Virus record (IMG/VR): IMGVR_UViG_3300031965_000017
Location: 5,552-69,551 of that record
Source of the DNA: a virus
Taxonomy: Duplodnaviria > Caudoviricetes
Direction: 5' to 3' (one strand)
Length of the DNA: 64,000 nucleotides
Below the pieces are notes generated by a model. That model made no database searches, was not told the DNA's origin, and was given only the letters and a program-made list of their open reading frames with translations. The translations under genes and the position numbers were made by a program. Shown here piece by piece: positions 1 through 10,600 of the stretch (positions are counted from its first letter, which is position 1; the number at the start of each line of letters is the position of its first letter).

Positions 1-1
1 G

Positions 2-900
2 CAAAGCTTAACAGCAGATATAACTAGTACGGCACTAGTAACAGCTGATCTGTCGGTAGAGAAACAGATATCGGTAGCGTTTGTTTCTAGCGGCAGTCTA
101 GCAGCTAACCTTGGAGGTACTAAAGACTTAACTGTTGATTTTAGCTCTACAGCACTAGTAACAGCTGACCTATTAGTAAATAGACAATTAGCAGTTGCTT
201 TTGTCGCTAGTGGCAGCCTATTATCTAACCTAGGAGGTATACAAAGCTTAGCTGTTGGTTTTAGTGCTACTGCACTAGAAACAGCTAGCCTAGTAATAAC
301 CAGACATTTAACAGTAGCGTTTGATTCTAGCGGCAGTCTAGCAGCTAACCTTGGAGGTACTAAAGACTTAGCTGTCGATTTTAGTACTACAGCACTAGTA
401 ACAGCTGACCTGTCTGTAGAAAAACAATTAACAGCAGCGTTTGTTTCTAGCGGCAGCCTAGCAGCTAATCTGGGTAGTACTAAAGACTTAGCTGTTGATT
501 TTAGTGCTACAGCACTAGTAACAGCTGACCTATTAATAACCAGACATTTAACAGTAGCGTTTGATTCTAGTGGCATTTTAACAGCTAACCTCAGTGGTAC
601 GCAGGGCTTAGCGGCAGACATAGCTAGTACAGTACTAGTAACAGCTGACCTATCGGTAGAAAAACAGCTATCGGTAGCGTTTGTTTCTGGTATTAGCTTA
701 GCAGCTAACCTTGGTGGTACACAAAGCTTAACTGTTGATTTTAGTTCTACGGTACTAGTAACAGCTGACCTGTCCGTAGAAAAACAGCTATCGGTAGCGT
801 TTGTTTCTGGCGGAAGCCTAGCAGCTAACTTAGGAGGTACACAAAGCTTAGCTGTTGGTTTTAGTGCTACAGCACTAGTCACAGCAAACCTTGAAGCCGA
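2..900 (+). repeat. Degenerate 120-bp (40-codon) tandem coding repeat, about 7 copies
   Basis: The motif gcactagtaacagctgac...gtagcgtttgtttctagcggcag..tagcagctaacct.gg.ggtac recurs with a 120-bp period. Confidence 0.85.
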
Positions 901-1453
901 GGCACCATTAGCCGTCAGCATTGGTGCGACTGGTGTTTTAACGGCATCACTAACTACAAGCAAACAATTATCAGCAGCAATTAATTCGTCAGGTAACTTA
1001 GAGGCTACACTAGCAGGAATCAAAAGCTTAACTGCCTCAATAGTAGCCAGTGGCCAGTTGACAGCTAATTTGACTAGCTCCTGGTCACTGGCGGTTGGTA
1101 TAGTTGCTAATGGTTCACTAGATGCAGCGTTCAGTACTGATAGGCTATTGTCAGTAGCTTTCACGTCAGCTGCTACACTTGAAGCTGAACTCACAAGATA
1201 CAAACATTTAGTCGTAGATTTCGGGATCGGTGGTAATCTAGAAGCTGCTCTAGGGCACATAGAACGAACTACCGTTAATTTTTCTGGTGGGGGCTTATTA
1301 GATGCTGCATTATCTCGAACTATGTTACTTGCAGTAGATTTTGAAGGCCAAGGTGAATTGACTGCTTTACCTACTGATGCTGTACCTTCGGCTTGGAAAG
1401 TAATTTACGCCAAGGACATGAATAGGCTTCTAACTGGTGAGTCAAACAAATGA
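2..1453 (+). CDS. 5'-truncated repeat-rich virion protein (head decoration/fibre-like)
   Basis: The frame of the listed 1058..1453 ORF is open from base 2 (QSLTADITSTALVTADLSVEKQISVAFVSSGSLAANLGG...). It is built of ~40-aa repeats and lies upstream of the scaffold and capsid genes. The start is outside the window. Confidence 0.7.
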   Translation, partial: QSLTADITSTALVTADLSVEKQISVAFVSSGSLAANLGGTKDLTVDFSSTALVTADLLVNRQLAVAFVASGSLLSNLGGIQSLAVGFSATALETASLVITRHLTVAFDSSGSLAANLGGTKDLAVDFSTTALVTADLSVEKQLTAAFVSSGSLAANLGSTKDLAVDFSATALVTADLLITRHLTVAFDSSGILTANLSGTQGLAADIASTVLVTADLSVEKQLSVAFVSGISLAANLGGTQSLTVDFSSTVLVTADLSVEKQLSVAFVSGGSLAANLGGTQSLAVGFSATALVTANLEAEAPLAVSIGATGVLTASLTTSKQLSAAINSSGNLEATLAGIKSLTASIVASGQLTANLTSSWSLAVGIVANGSLDAAFSTDRLLSVAFTSAATLEAELTRYKHLVVDFGIGGNLEAALGHIERTTVNFSGGGLLDAALSRTMLLAVDFEGQGELTALPTDAVPSAWKVIYAKDMNRLLTGESNK

Positions 1454-2217
1454 GTTTTGAAAAAGGAAAATCAGTTAATGGCTTTACTTTTGCCTTAATT
1501 AGTAAGGCTACAGGTAACGCTATAATGAGTGGCACTGTTAATGGTTATGTTACTGTAGATGGTGGGGAACAACAGTCTCTAGCAAATACACCAGACCATG
1601 AAGGGAACGGACAATGGTCAGTAGCCTTGACTGCAGCCGAGATGAACGGGGATATTGTGGGTCTATTGTTCACCCACATCGACGCCGTCCCAGTGCAGTT
1701 CACTATTGCAACCGTCTCAGATCCCGATTACAGTTACATAACAGGTGTTACCTCTCTAGTAGGAAGTATTTCTTACTATGGTTCCGTAGCAGGAGCCAAT
1801 ATTTATTTTAACACACAACGCCTTAACACTCAACCTTGGGATGACGCTTTAGCAAACGACAGACAAAAAGCCTTAATAATGGCGACCCGTGCTATTGATA
1901 GGCTTAATTTTGCAGGTGAAAAGTCTGATAGTGATCAGACTTTGCAGTTTCCACGGGGTGACGATACTGTTGTACCACTAGACATCGAGTTAGCCGCCTA
2001 CGAGTGTGTTTTACTATATCTCGATGATATTGACATGCAACAGGAAGCTGAATCAATAGGTATCACTAGCAATAAATATTTAAAGACTGGATCAACCTAC
2101 GATCCATCCTTTGTTGCTGATAACATTAAAGCAGGTATACCAAGTGCGGAAGCTTGGCAATTTTTACTTCCATATCTGCGTGATGCTAGAGCAATCGAAA
2201 TTAGTAGGGCATCTTAG
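1450..2217 (+). CDS. Putative head-tail connector with C-terminal DnaT-like domain
   Basis: The motif WDDA...RQKALIMATRAIDRLNFAGEK....QTLQFPR resembles DnaT-like phage head-completion proteins; located in the head module. Confidence 0.55.
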   Translation: MSFEKGKSVNGFTFALISKATGNAIMSGTVNGYVTVDGGEQQSLANTPDHEGNGQWSVALTAAEMNGDIVGLLFTHIDAVPVQFTIATVSDPDYSYITGVTSLVGSISYYGSVAGANIYFNTQRLNTQPWDDALANDRQKALIMATRAIDRLNFAGEKSDSDQTLQFPRGDDTVVPLDIELAAYECVLLYLDDIDMQQEAESIGITSNKYLKTGSTYDPSFVADNIKAGIPSAEAWQFLLPYLRDARAIEISRAS

Positions 2218-2226
2218 GAGAAAGAA

Positions 2227-3039
2227 ATGTTGCGTCGATGGTTCTTAGTCTATGATGATTCTGGTGATGATGGTGGTAATGGAGAAGGCGGCAACAACAC
2301 ACCAGTGATTCCGAAGTCGCTAACTGATTACTTGAAAACTAACCCAGCGGCCCAGGAAGAGTTAAATAATATGATGGCGACGAATCGTAAGAAACTTACG
2401 ACTCAGAACCAAACACTTATACAGCAACTCGAAGAACTCAAAGATCAAACAAATATTACTACACAACAAAAAACAGAACTTGAAGAACGCATCGAGCAAC
2501 TATCAAATCAATACCTCACAAAAGAGGAATTGACTAAAAAAGAACAGCAAAAGTTGTCGCAAAAATTCCAGAAAGATTTGGAAAAGGCTACTACTGAATC
2601 TGAATCATGGAGGGATAGATACACTCAATCAAGGATCCAACGGGAGTTACTTGATTCTGCGGTCACAGCCAAAGCAATCAATCCTGACATCTTGGTTGAT
2701 ATGTTGAGTGGAAAAACCTACCTAGGCCAAAAGCTTGGGGATAATGGACAACCTACGGGTGAATTCGAAGTAAAAATTAAGTTCCAAGACTCTGATGAGA
2801 GCGGGAACCCAATTACCGTCGAGCTTAGCCCTGAGGCAACAGTGAAAAGGATGCAAGAATTACCTAACAAGTACGGTAATTTGTTCCAAACTACTGCAAC
2901 TGGTGGCATGGGTGCTAGCAGTGGCATGGGCGGTAGCCGGTCACAACCGGCTCTTCAAAGTATATTGAAAGACCCTGTCGCTTACGCTAAGTGGCGTAAG
3001 GAAAATCCAGATTTGGACATCAGTAAGTTAGTGAGATAA
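2227..3039 (+). CDS. Capsid scaffolding protein
   Basis: Acidic/Gly N-terminus and long Q/E/K coiled coil; immediately upstream of the capsid gene. Confidence 0.7.
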   Translation: MLRRWFLVYDDSGDDGGNGEGGNNTPVIPKSLTDYLKTNPAAQEELNNMMATNRKKLTTQNQTLIQQLEELKDQTNITTQQKTELEERIEQLSNQYLTKEELTKKEQQKLSQKFQKDLEKATTESESWRDRYTQSRIQRELLDSAVTAKAINPDILVDMLSGKTYLGQKLGDNGQPTGEFEVKIKFQDSDESGNPITVELSPEATVKRMQELPNKYGNLFQTTATGGMGASSGMGGSRSQPALQSILKDPVAYAKWRKENPDLDISKLVR

Positions 3040-3041
3040 TA

Positions 3042-4454
3042 ATGCATACGTTTCGACCGTTTCAATTGGCTTACGCCAATGATCTTGATGCCTACATTCC
3101 TGAATTGTGGGCCAATGAGTCGGTAGCTATCTTGGTGGAGAATATGGTTATTGCTAACCTTATCCACCGGGATTTTTCGCCGCTGATTGCTAATTTTGGT
3201 GATATTGTCCACACTCGTAAGCCGGCAGAGTTCACTGCTGTCAGAAAAACGAATGCCGACAATGTTACGATCCAGGACGCAAGTGCAACTGATATTCAGG
3301 TGCCCTTGGATCAGCATTTCCATACCAGCTTTAAAATTAAGGATGGTGAGGAAAGTAAGAGTTTCAAGCAGTTGTCCGATGAGTACCTTCGACCAGCGGT
3401 TTTGTCCTTGGCTACGGCTATTGACAAGGTGCTGCTTGGGGAAAGTCATTCATTTCTGGCTAATGGTGAAGGTATTGCCAGCGGTCTGACTAGCTCCAAC
3501 ATTAAGGCTGCTATTATTGATACGCGAAAGCGTATGAATATTAATAAGGCGTATGAGGGTGCTAGGAATCTTATCCTGACTCCTAATACTGAAGCAGAAG
3601 CCTTGAAGCTTGATCTGTTCATTAGTGCGGACAAGATCGGTGACGAGGGTACGGCTATGCGAGAAGCGTCTCTAGGCCGTAAGCTCGGATTTGATATGTT
3701 CATGTGCCAGAATTCACCGAGCACTATTGGTATCCCAGTTACCAGTACTTCTGTTCTGGTTGACTTGGCTGCTGGTTATGCTAAGGGTTCAACAACCATT
3801 CACGTTGATGGTGCTGGGTCGGCATTGAAGGTTGGAATGTGGTTCAGTGTTGGTGGTGCTCTACACGAGATTACATCACTCGGTACTCTTGCAACCCAAG
3901 ATATTGATGTCACATTCACGCCTCCTCTGCGTGCTGCTGTAGCTGATGATGATGTGGTTACGGTCGGTGATGTCGGTCTGGTCAATCTGACTGCTGGTTA
4001 CGCAGCTGGTTATAGCAAAGAAATCGTTGTAGACGGTATTACTGGTGAAATCCCAGTAGGTACTTTGGTTAAGTTCGCTACTCCTGGTACTCCAGAGGTT
4101 ATAAAGAGTGGTGTGTACTCAGTTATTGCTGCTACATTGACGGGTAGTGATACTACTGGTATTACGTTGAACAAGCCGCTCGCAGTAGCTCTCGCCAACA
4201 ATGATGAAATTAACTTCAGTCCTCCGGCTGAGCACAATTTTGCTTTCCACAAGAATGCTCTGGCACTCGTGAGTCGTCCTCTTGCTCCTGCTCCCAGGGG
4301 CCTTGCGATCAGCTCTACAGCTAGCATGGGTGGTGTCGGTATTCGCGTCACAATAACCTATGACGGTGTTGGACAAGGTGTCTTGGTCACTGTAGACTTG
4401 CTCTGTGGTCTGAAGATGCTCGATGTTAATCTTGGTGCAGTTATGCTTGGCTAA
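3042..4454 (+). CDS. Major capsid protein (HK97 fold, P22 gp5-like) with beta-rich insertion
   Basis: IPELWA, NLIHRDF...FGDIVHTRKP, VPLDQHFHTSF, NFAFHKNALALVSRPL and the C-terminal VDLLCGLK match P22-coat-like proteins. Confidence 0.85.
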   Translation: MHTFRPFQLAYANDLDAYIPELWANESVAILVENMVIANLIHRDFSPLIANFGDIVHTRKPAEFTAVRKTNADNVTIQDASATDIQVPLDQHFHTSFKIKDGEESKSFKQLSDEYLRPAVLSLATAIDKVLLGESHSFLANGEGIASGLTSSNIKAAIIDTRKRMNINKAYEGARNLILTPNTEAEALKLDLFISADKIGDEGTAMREASLGRKLGFDMFMCQNSPSTIGIPVTSTSVLVDLAAGYAKGSTTIHVDGAGSALKVGMWFSVGGALHEITSLGTLATQDIDVTFTPPLRAAVADDDVVTVGDVGLVNLTAGYAAGYSKEIVVDGITGEIPVGTLVKFATPGTPEVIKSGVYSVIAATLTGSDTTGITLNKPLAVALANNDEINFSPPAEHNFAFHKNALALVSRPLAPAPRGLAISSTASMGGVGIRVTITYDGVGQGVLVTVDLLCGLKMLDVNLGAVMLG

Positions 4455-4464
4455 TGTAATCCTG

Positions 4465-4492
4465 GTGGCCCAGCTCATATGAGCTGGGCCAC
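4465..4492 (+). terminator. Perfect 28-bp palindrome after the capsid gene (terminator, attenuator or processing hairpin)
   Basis: gtggcccagctcat|atgagctgggccac; no U-tract follows, so function is inferred. Confidence 0.5.
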
Positions 4493-4493
4493 T

Positions 4494-4994
4494 ATGGAGC
4501 TTAAAATGCAGAATAAATTAAGATTTATTAGACGAGTACTATATCGACTGAAAAGGTCGTATGGTATTTCTGTCTACTTATATAAGATAGACAGTGTTAC
4601 AGATTATGATACTGGTAATATTACTGAAACATACACCAATGTTAAAATTAATAAAGCATTAGCGGAGCCAACTAGAGAAGTGAGAAGCTTTGTCTATGAC
4701 TTAGCTTACATCTCTGCAAATAAAGATTTTACTATGGGAGGTTTCTTTGATACTTCCGATAGGATCGTAGTCTTGGATAGTAAAGATATCCCATCTACAT
4801 GGGGTGAGATTGATAATAACCAGTTTCTTATGATACAAAATCAACGTTTTGATATTAAAGAAGTTCAAGAGTACGAAAATAATTCTGCCATAGTATTAGT
4901 TTGTCGTATGACTAAGGGTGCGTATCTAACGCATCTAATCAATGTGATTTCAGTAATGTCGTTGGATCAGGCTATCTCATATGTTAAATCCTAA
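4494..4994 (+). CDS. Putative head closure/head-tail joining protein
   Basis: Position after the capsid gene and size; the start is moved to the ATG after the hairpin. Confidence 0.45.
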   Translation: MELKMQNKLRFIRRVLYRLKRSYGISVYLYKIDSVTDYDTGNITETYTNVKINKALAEPTREVRSFVYDLAYISANKDFTMGGFFDTSDRIVVLDSKDIPSTWGEIDNNQFLMIQNQRFDIKEVQEYENNSAIVLVCRMTKGAYLTHLINVISVMSLDQAISYVKS

Positions 4995-5577
4995 CATAGT
5001 ACGATGGACCTATGCTTCAGCTGCGAGGCACTTTCGTAATATTGCTTCAAAGTATGGCATCCAGTACTATGTTGAAGGTGATAATCGTAATACTGACAAT
5101 TTATCTGAATTTATTGAATTTAGAATGGATGGTCCATTTACTCTTGTCCCAGCGAAGGACGAGCAATGGCACCATTTTGATATAAATGTTTTAGGGTCCA
5201 TTGTTATGGGCTACAAAAACTTGTATAGACCACAAGAAATTAATGGCTATATTTACGGAGGTTTCACACTATACATTCCAGTCTATAAAATAGGTGACGA
5301 ATCCCAGGACGACGGATCAATAATCGGTTGTCTTAAGTTGCGTCGAGAACTTGATCAATATATTGAAGTCAATCAGTATGGAATTGTAGATAAAGATACA
5401 CGCATAGTACAAAATAGTGTTGAAGGACATTATAGATTAGCTATTGAATTAAGATTTTTATCATCAGGCTTTGAATCCTCAGCAACAATGGTAGCTGATC
5501 TAGGTGTTCCCTTACGCGGTTTTACAGCTGATATCCAGTCAACGGCTGTTGTTACAGCTTCGCTGGATGTTACATAA
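4981..5577 (+). CDS. Putative tail terminator/neck protein
   Basis: Synteny, upstream of the tail tube gene. Confidence 0.4.
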   Translation: MLNPNIVRWTYASAARHFRNIASKYGIQYYVEGDNRNTDNLSEFIEFRMDGPFTLVPAKDEQWHHFDINVLGSIVMGYKNLYRPQEINGYIYGGFTLYIPVYKIGDESQDDGSIIGCLKLRRELDQYIEVNQYGIVDKDTRIVQNSVEGHYRLAIELRFLSSGFESSATMVADLGVPLRGFTADIQSTAVVTASLDVT

Positions 5578-5588
5578 AGGATAATCTG

Positions 5589-6392
5589 ATGGCTCAAGTA
5601 GATATTAAAGAATGTACCATTAAGATTTGGGATGGTACTGCTTCGACAGCAACTCTGGACAGCACGAATGCTGATGCTGACCTTATTTTTACAACTAAGA
5701 GTACCCATCACGGGTCAAAGGTTGTAACTGTAGCTTTGGTGGATCCAGCTGCTACTAGTCAAACATTGGCTATTAGTGTTACTAATGAAGCTATTTCCGT
5801 TAGCTTGGCTACTGACGGTGGTGGTGCAATTACTTCAACAGCTGCCCTAATTAAGACAGCTATTGAGGCCGATAGTGATGCCAATGCACTGGTAACAGTG
5901 GCTCTTGAAACATCTGGAGCTGGTATAGTTGAGGCTATCGCAGCAACTACACTTACTGGTCAAAAGAGTTTGACAGTCACCATTGGTGATGGTAATGTAA
6001 CCTACTCGGAAAAGAGACCAGTAGAGTTCCGCCTTGACAGAGGCATTATCGATACTGTACGCCTGGCTGATGAAGAGCCAATGGACGTTAGTCTCGACTT
6101 TACTTGGACGTTCCTTTCCTCGGCTACGGGTGATAGTGTGCCTACGATTGAGGAAGCGTTCAAGAAAACTGGTCTGGCTTCGTCGTGGGCGACTTCTTCT
6201 ACTGATGCTTGCCAGCCGTACTCTCTCGATATTGAAATTCTCAATAATCCTGACTGCGGTAGTGAGGATAGTGAAATCATTACTATTGAGGAATTTTATT
6301 GGGAAAACATGGACCACGATTTGCGGGACGGATCAGTCTCGATTAGTGGCCGAGCGAATCGTAAGACTGCTACGCTTGCACGTAGAGCGTAA
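5589..6392 (+). CDS. Major tail tube protein
   Basis: Thr/Ala/Ser-rich; C-terminal FYWENMDHDLRDGSVSISGRAN; followed by the chaperone and tape measure genes. Confidence 0.65.
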   Translation: MAQVDIKECTIKIWDGTASTATLDSTNADADLIFTTKSTHHGSKVVTVALVDPAATSQTLAISVTNEAISVSLATDGGGAITSTAALIKTAIEADSDANALVTVALETSGAGIVEAIAATTLTGQKSLTVTIGDGNVTYSEKRPVEFRLDRGIIDTVRLADEEPMDVSLDFTWTFLSSATGDSVPTIEEAFKKTGLASSWATSSTDACQPYSLDIEILNNPDCGSEDSEIITIEEFYWENMDHDLRDGSVSISGRANRKTATLARRA

Positions 6393-6419
6393 ATTTAACA
6401 CCCAGGAGATAATTTTATT

Positions 6420-6893
6420 ATGAAAATTAAAGGCCAAACACCCCAGGGCCGCAATGTAGAGATTGTGGTCATTCCAAGGCCGGAAGAAAATATTGTCTTT
6501 TTCTGCGAAGCAATTCCAAACTACGAAGAATTTGACAAAATATGTCCACAACCACAACCACCGGAGAGATTGTATCCAGGTGGTGTGCGTAAGAAAAACC
6601 CTGATGATCCAAAGTTCAAGGAAGCTATGGATGAGTGGGGTACTAAAAGAACGCAATGGACAATCCTAGCTTCATTGAAGGGATCACCTGATTTGGAGTG
6701 GGATACTGTTGATATGGAAAAGCCAGATACATGGAAGAATTATGAGAAGGAATTACGAGAGTGCGGTTTCACTGAAATCGAAATGTATAGGATTATTCAG
6801 GGTGTGCTTAGGGCTAATTGCCTTGATGAAGAAATGTTGAAGGAAGCTAAAAAAAATTTCTTACAAGGTCAATCTCTACACACCGTGAAATAA
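6420..6893 (+). CDS. Tail assembly chaperone (G-like)
   Basis: Lies between the tail tube and tape measure genes and ends with a slippery A8-TTTC run. Confidence 0.7.
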   Translation: MKIKGQTPQGRNVEIVVIPRPEENIVFFCEAIPNYEEFDKICPQPQPPERLYPGGVRKKNPDDPKFKEAMDEWGTKRTQWTILASLKGSPDLEWDTVDMEKPDTWKNYEKELRECGFTEIEMYRIIQGVLRANCLDEEMLKEAKKNFLQGQSLHTVK

Positions 6894-7087
6894 TCCCAAA
6901 AGGTAGAACTATTGACTACCAAATATGGAGGGTTTGTGAACGATTTAACCTTCGACCACCAGGTGTGAAAGCTGGTTTCGACGATAATAGTCCCTGGATG
7001 CAAGCCGAGCTATTTGCATATGAGCAAATACGGCAGGTTGAAAGGAACAATGAAATGGAAGCTTTGGCTGGAGCTAGGTCTATCTAA
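6420..7087 (+). CDS. -1 frameshift-extended tail assembly chaperone (GT-like)
   Basis: A AAA AAT / A AAT TTC at 6851-6860. The -1 frame is open from there to TAA at 7085-7087 (...RTIDYQIWRVCERFNLRPPG...ALAGARSI). Confidence 0.7.
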
Positions 7088-7662
7088 TGGCACTAAGAGT
7101 ACGATCCAAAGTACATTTGCTGAAGGTAGCTAGCCCAGCCGAGGTTTCCAACCATATGTCGGGGTTTTTTCAGGCACAGATTAGACAAGCTACTAGAGCC
7201 TGGTTGAGAGCTGTTTTAGCTAAGGTGCCTGAATACTCTGGGACAGCACGAGGTACTTTTAAGCCACTAGGTCGAGTACTAAGAGTAGCTGTGCCACAAG
7301 GATGGATGCCATACAATAGAAAATATGAAAGACTAAGACAGTACAAATTAAAGAAAGGTACTGTAACAATCCAAGGGAAGACTTTTAAGGTTGGCCCAGG
7401 CCCCAATGACTATGCTGATTTTTATTTTGATTATTCTGGCCCTGAGTATAAATTTATTTTTACCCAGAATCTCCCATATGCTTTCTGGAATGATATATAT
7501 CCTGCTCCTAATTGGATTAAGCTACCTAGCATCCCTCCTTGGCACGCTCTGGCTGCTGGACAGGCTGCTTTCCATAATTATTTACGAGTAGAAATGCCGA
7601 AGCGTATTCAATATCGGAAGCTTCTAAAAGTTCTTCTGAAATCGAATGTTAAGAGGGCCTAA
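7087..7662 (+). CDS. Hypothetical virion/neck protein
   Basis: Basic 191-aa ORF coupled to flanking tail genes. Confidence 0.4.
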   Translation: MALRVRSKVHLLKVASPAEVSNHMSGFFQAQIRQATRAWLRAVLAKVPEYSGTARGTFKPLGRVLRVAVPQGWMPYNRKYERLRQYKLKKGTVTIQGKTFKVGPGPNDYADFYFDYSGPEYKFIFTQNLPYAFWNDIYPAPNWIKLPSIPPWHALAAGQAAFHNYLRVEMPKRIQYRKLLKVLLKSNVKRA

Positions 7663-10600
7663 ATGGCTGATGAACGCAGAACAGAACTGATTCTTGATGC
7701 TCAAGTAACTGAGTCTGTCAAGAATTTCAAGGAGGCTGTTGATGCTATCAACAAGGCTCTTGAAGCACATCTGCGTTTGGCATCTGAAATTAATAAAATT
7801 AAGTCTACTAAGACGGGCTATAGTCAAGCGGCCAAGGACCTACGTCAATATGGGGAGACTGCTGACCTAGCGGCCAAGCAGTCTAGAGAGCTTGGACAGT
7901 CAGTCTCTATTGTTAGTAGTTCGATACAAGCTCAAGCTAATGTGCTAAAAAAATCTAATGATTTATACTCACAATCAGTAGTTGCTCAGAGTAAGCTAAA
8001 TAGAGAAACAGTTAAGACAGGAGCACAAGTTAATGCTACTGTAGTTGGTCTAGAAAAAATAAGTAAATCTGTTAAGAAATCTACGGGGCAATTGTTTGCT
8101 TCGGCTGGTGGATGGGCCGAGGCAACAAAACAAAATGTAGCCTTCAAGGAAAGTATTAATGCTACAGGAACAGCAGTAGAAATAGTTTCTGCTCAAACAG
8201 GGAAGATGAAGGAGGTTATTAATAGCATTTCTGGGGTAACTACAGCCCAGATGAAAATGAACGAGGAAGCTAAAAATACAGGTACACAAGTTAAAGGTGC
8301 AACAGAGGAGTTAGCAAAGGTTAGAGAAGCTGGCAAAGCAGTTACTGGCCAAATGTATGAAACGGCTGGTAGTTTTGCGGAAGGAGGAAAGCAAAATAAA
8401 GCCTTTGCCCAAAGTGCCCAAGATTCTGCTAATGCAATAGATAAAATAGCAGGGAAATCGAAGGCACTTAGTAGTGCTAGTGATGGATTTCAACAGTTAA
8501 CTACTGCTCAGATGAAATATAATGAACAGTCTAAGGCAACAGGGGAGCAGGCTAAAGCTACAGTTGATAATTTTAACAAAACTAAAGAAGCAGGCAAAGC
8601 AGTTACTGGCCAAATGTACCAAACGGCTGGTAGCTTTGCGGATACCTCTAAGCAGACTAACACACTTAAAAGAAACCTTGACTCAGTAACTAAGTCAGCG
8701 ACCATATTCTCAAAGGCAGGTAACGCTGTACTAGTCTCTTGGCAGAGTGTTGGACGTATTGTCGCCGGTACTCTAATTTCACGATTCACTACTGACTTAA
8801 TTCGTGGTTTTGAAGGCTTTGCAGCTACCGCAAAGGACTTCTTAATTCAGGTTGGTGAAATCAGAACAATATCTCAACGAGCACAGTTAACAACTGATCA
8901 ATGGTCTGACTCTTTGCGGAAGCTATCGGACCAATTTGGTATTGCAGCTACTGATGTAGCAGCAGCTGGTTATCAAGCTCTCTCTGATCAAATGGGCGAG
9001 GGTGCTGAAGCTACTCAGTTTCTTAATGAAGCCCTTAAGCTGGCTCGTATTACTGCGTCAAATGCTGGTACATCGGCTGCGGCCTTAGCTGGTGTAATTA
9101 ATGCTTACAGTCTTGATGTTACTGACGCATCAGTAGTATCTGGTCAGCTATTTAAGATTATTGATATTGGCCGTTTTACGATGGACCAGATTGGTGAGTC
9201 CATTGGGTCGGTTGCTGTGATTGCGGCTCAGGTTGGTATCGAGTTCGAAGAATTGGGGGCAGCATTATCAACGTTATCAATTCAAGGCTTAACGGCTGAG
9301 AATTCGATGACATTCATGAGGAATGTTATATTAAAATTAATACGCCCAACAAACGCTATGAAGGACTTCTTGGATGAATTAGGTGTATCGTCGGGTGAAG
9401 CTGCTATAGCTGCTTTTGGGTTGGGTGGTTTCTTACAAAAGTTGCAGGAGCATGTACAAAGTACTAACGACCCACTCAATGAATTAGGGGAACTGTTTGG
9501 TCGTATACGAGCGATCATGGGTGCTGCTGGTTTGGACTTTGACAAGTTCGCTAGAGCTGAGGAAGAAATCAAGAATTCCAGTATTGAAGCTGCGGAAGCT
9601 TTGAAGCTGGTTGAGAATGCTGGCCGTGAATTACAGGATGAACTGATTCAAGTCAAAAATGTTTTGACCTTTGATTTTGGGCAAGAAACAGTTAAGTCTC
9701 TTGCCAATATCAATAAAAACTTTATTGATCTGTCAAATTCCGTAAGCAAATTGTTGACAGTGTTAAAGAATTTAGGTATAGCCTTAATAAGTCTAGCTAT
9801 TACCAGGACAGTGACAGCTTTCTACTCACTTTTTACAGTAGTTGAAATAACCAAGCACTCTGCAACTGGTGCAACCATAGTGACCTATGGTTATGCCAAA
9901 GCTCTTGCAACATTACGTGCAGCAACATTATCAGCAGCGACAGCATTAGGTGGTTTGTATACTATATTGGGTGCAGGTGCTGTATTCTTGGCCATCAAAG
10001 CTTGGAGACAGTACAAGCGTGAAGTCGAAATCATAGGAAAAGATGTAACAAAGATAAGTGCAGAAACTTCCAGGGCACTTCAGCAATTGGCAATTGAAAC
10101 CAAGGAAGCTATTGCGTCCGAGTTCAAAGAGTTAGACAAAGTCTTTAATGAAAGTTTTGCATCCGTTGATAGACAAATTAGAAAGGTGCTGGCCGGCTTA
10201 AAGTCTGAAATAACAGGCTTCCTTAAGAATGTTGAGACAGCTGAAGAACTTCTAGTACTAGAGTTAGAAACAAAAATTGAGTTAGGCAAAGTTGATGAAG
10301 CCTTTAAGCAAGCTGAAGCTATTATTAAGCAGTGGCGAGCTAACCTAGCGGAGACTATTGCATCACCTATTAGTGATGAAGAAAAACTAAAAGCTATTAA
10401 AGAAACACAAAAGAAAATTAAGGAGGTATCAGCACCCTTCGATGATATACCTACTAATATTGAAAAGGTTGCAGACAAAACTAAGGATGCAATAAAGAAA
10501 CTGCGAGCAGAGATGGCTCAATCCAAGCGTGGTAGTGGTGGTATTGGTGATAGTAGTCTTGAAAGATTCATCCCTGGGGTTACTCCCAGAATTATATCTA

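Noticed and set aside
2-900. Diversity-generating retroelement TR/VR pair
   Set aside because: Repeats are tandem in-frame units without adenine-specific differences, and no reverse transcriptase was seen.
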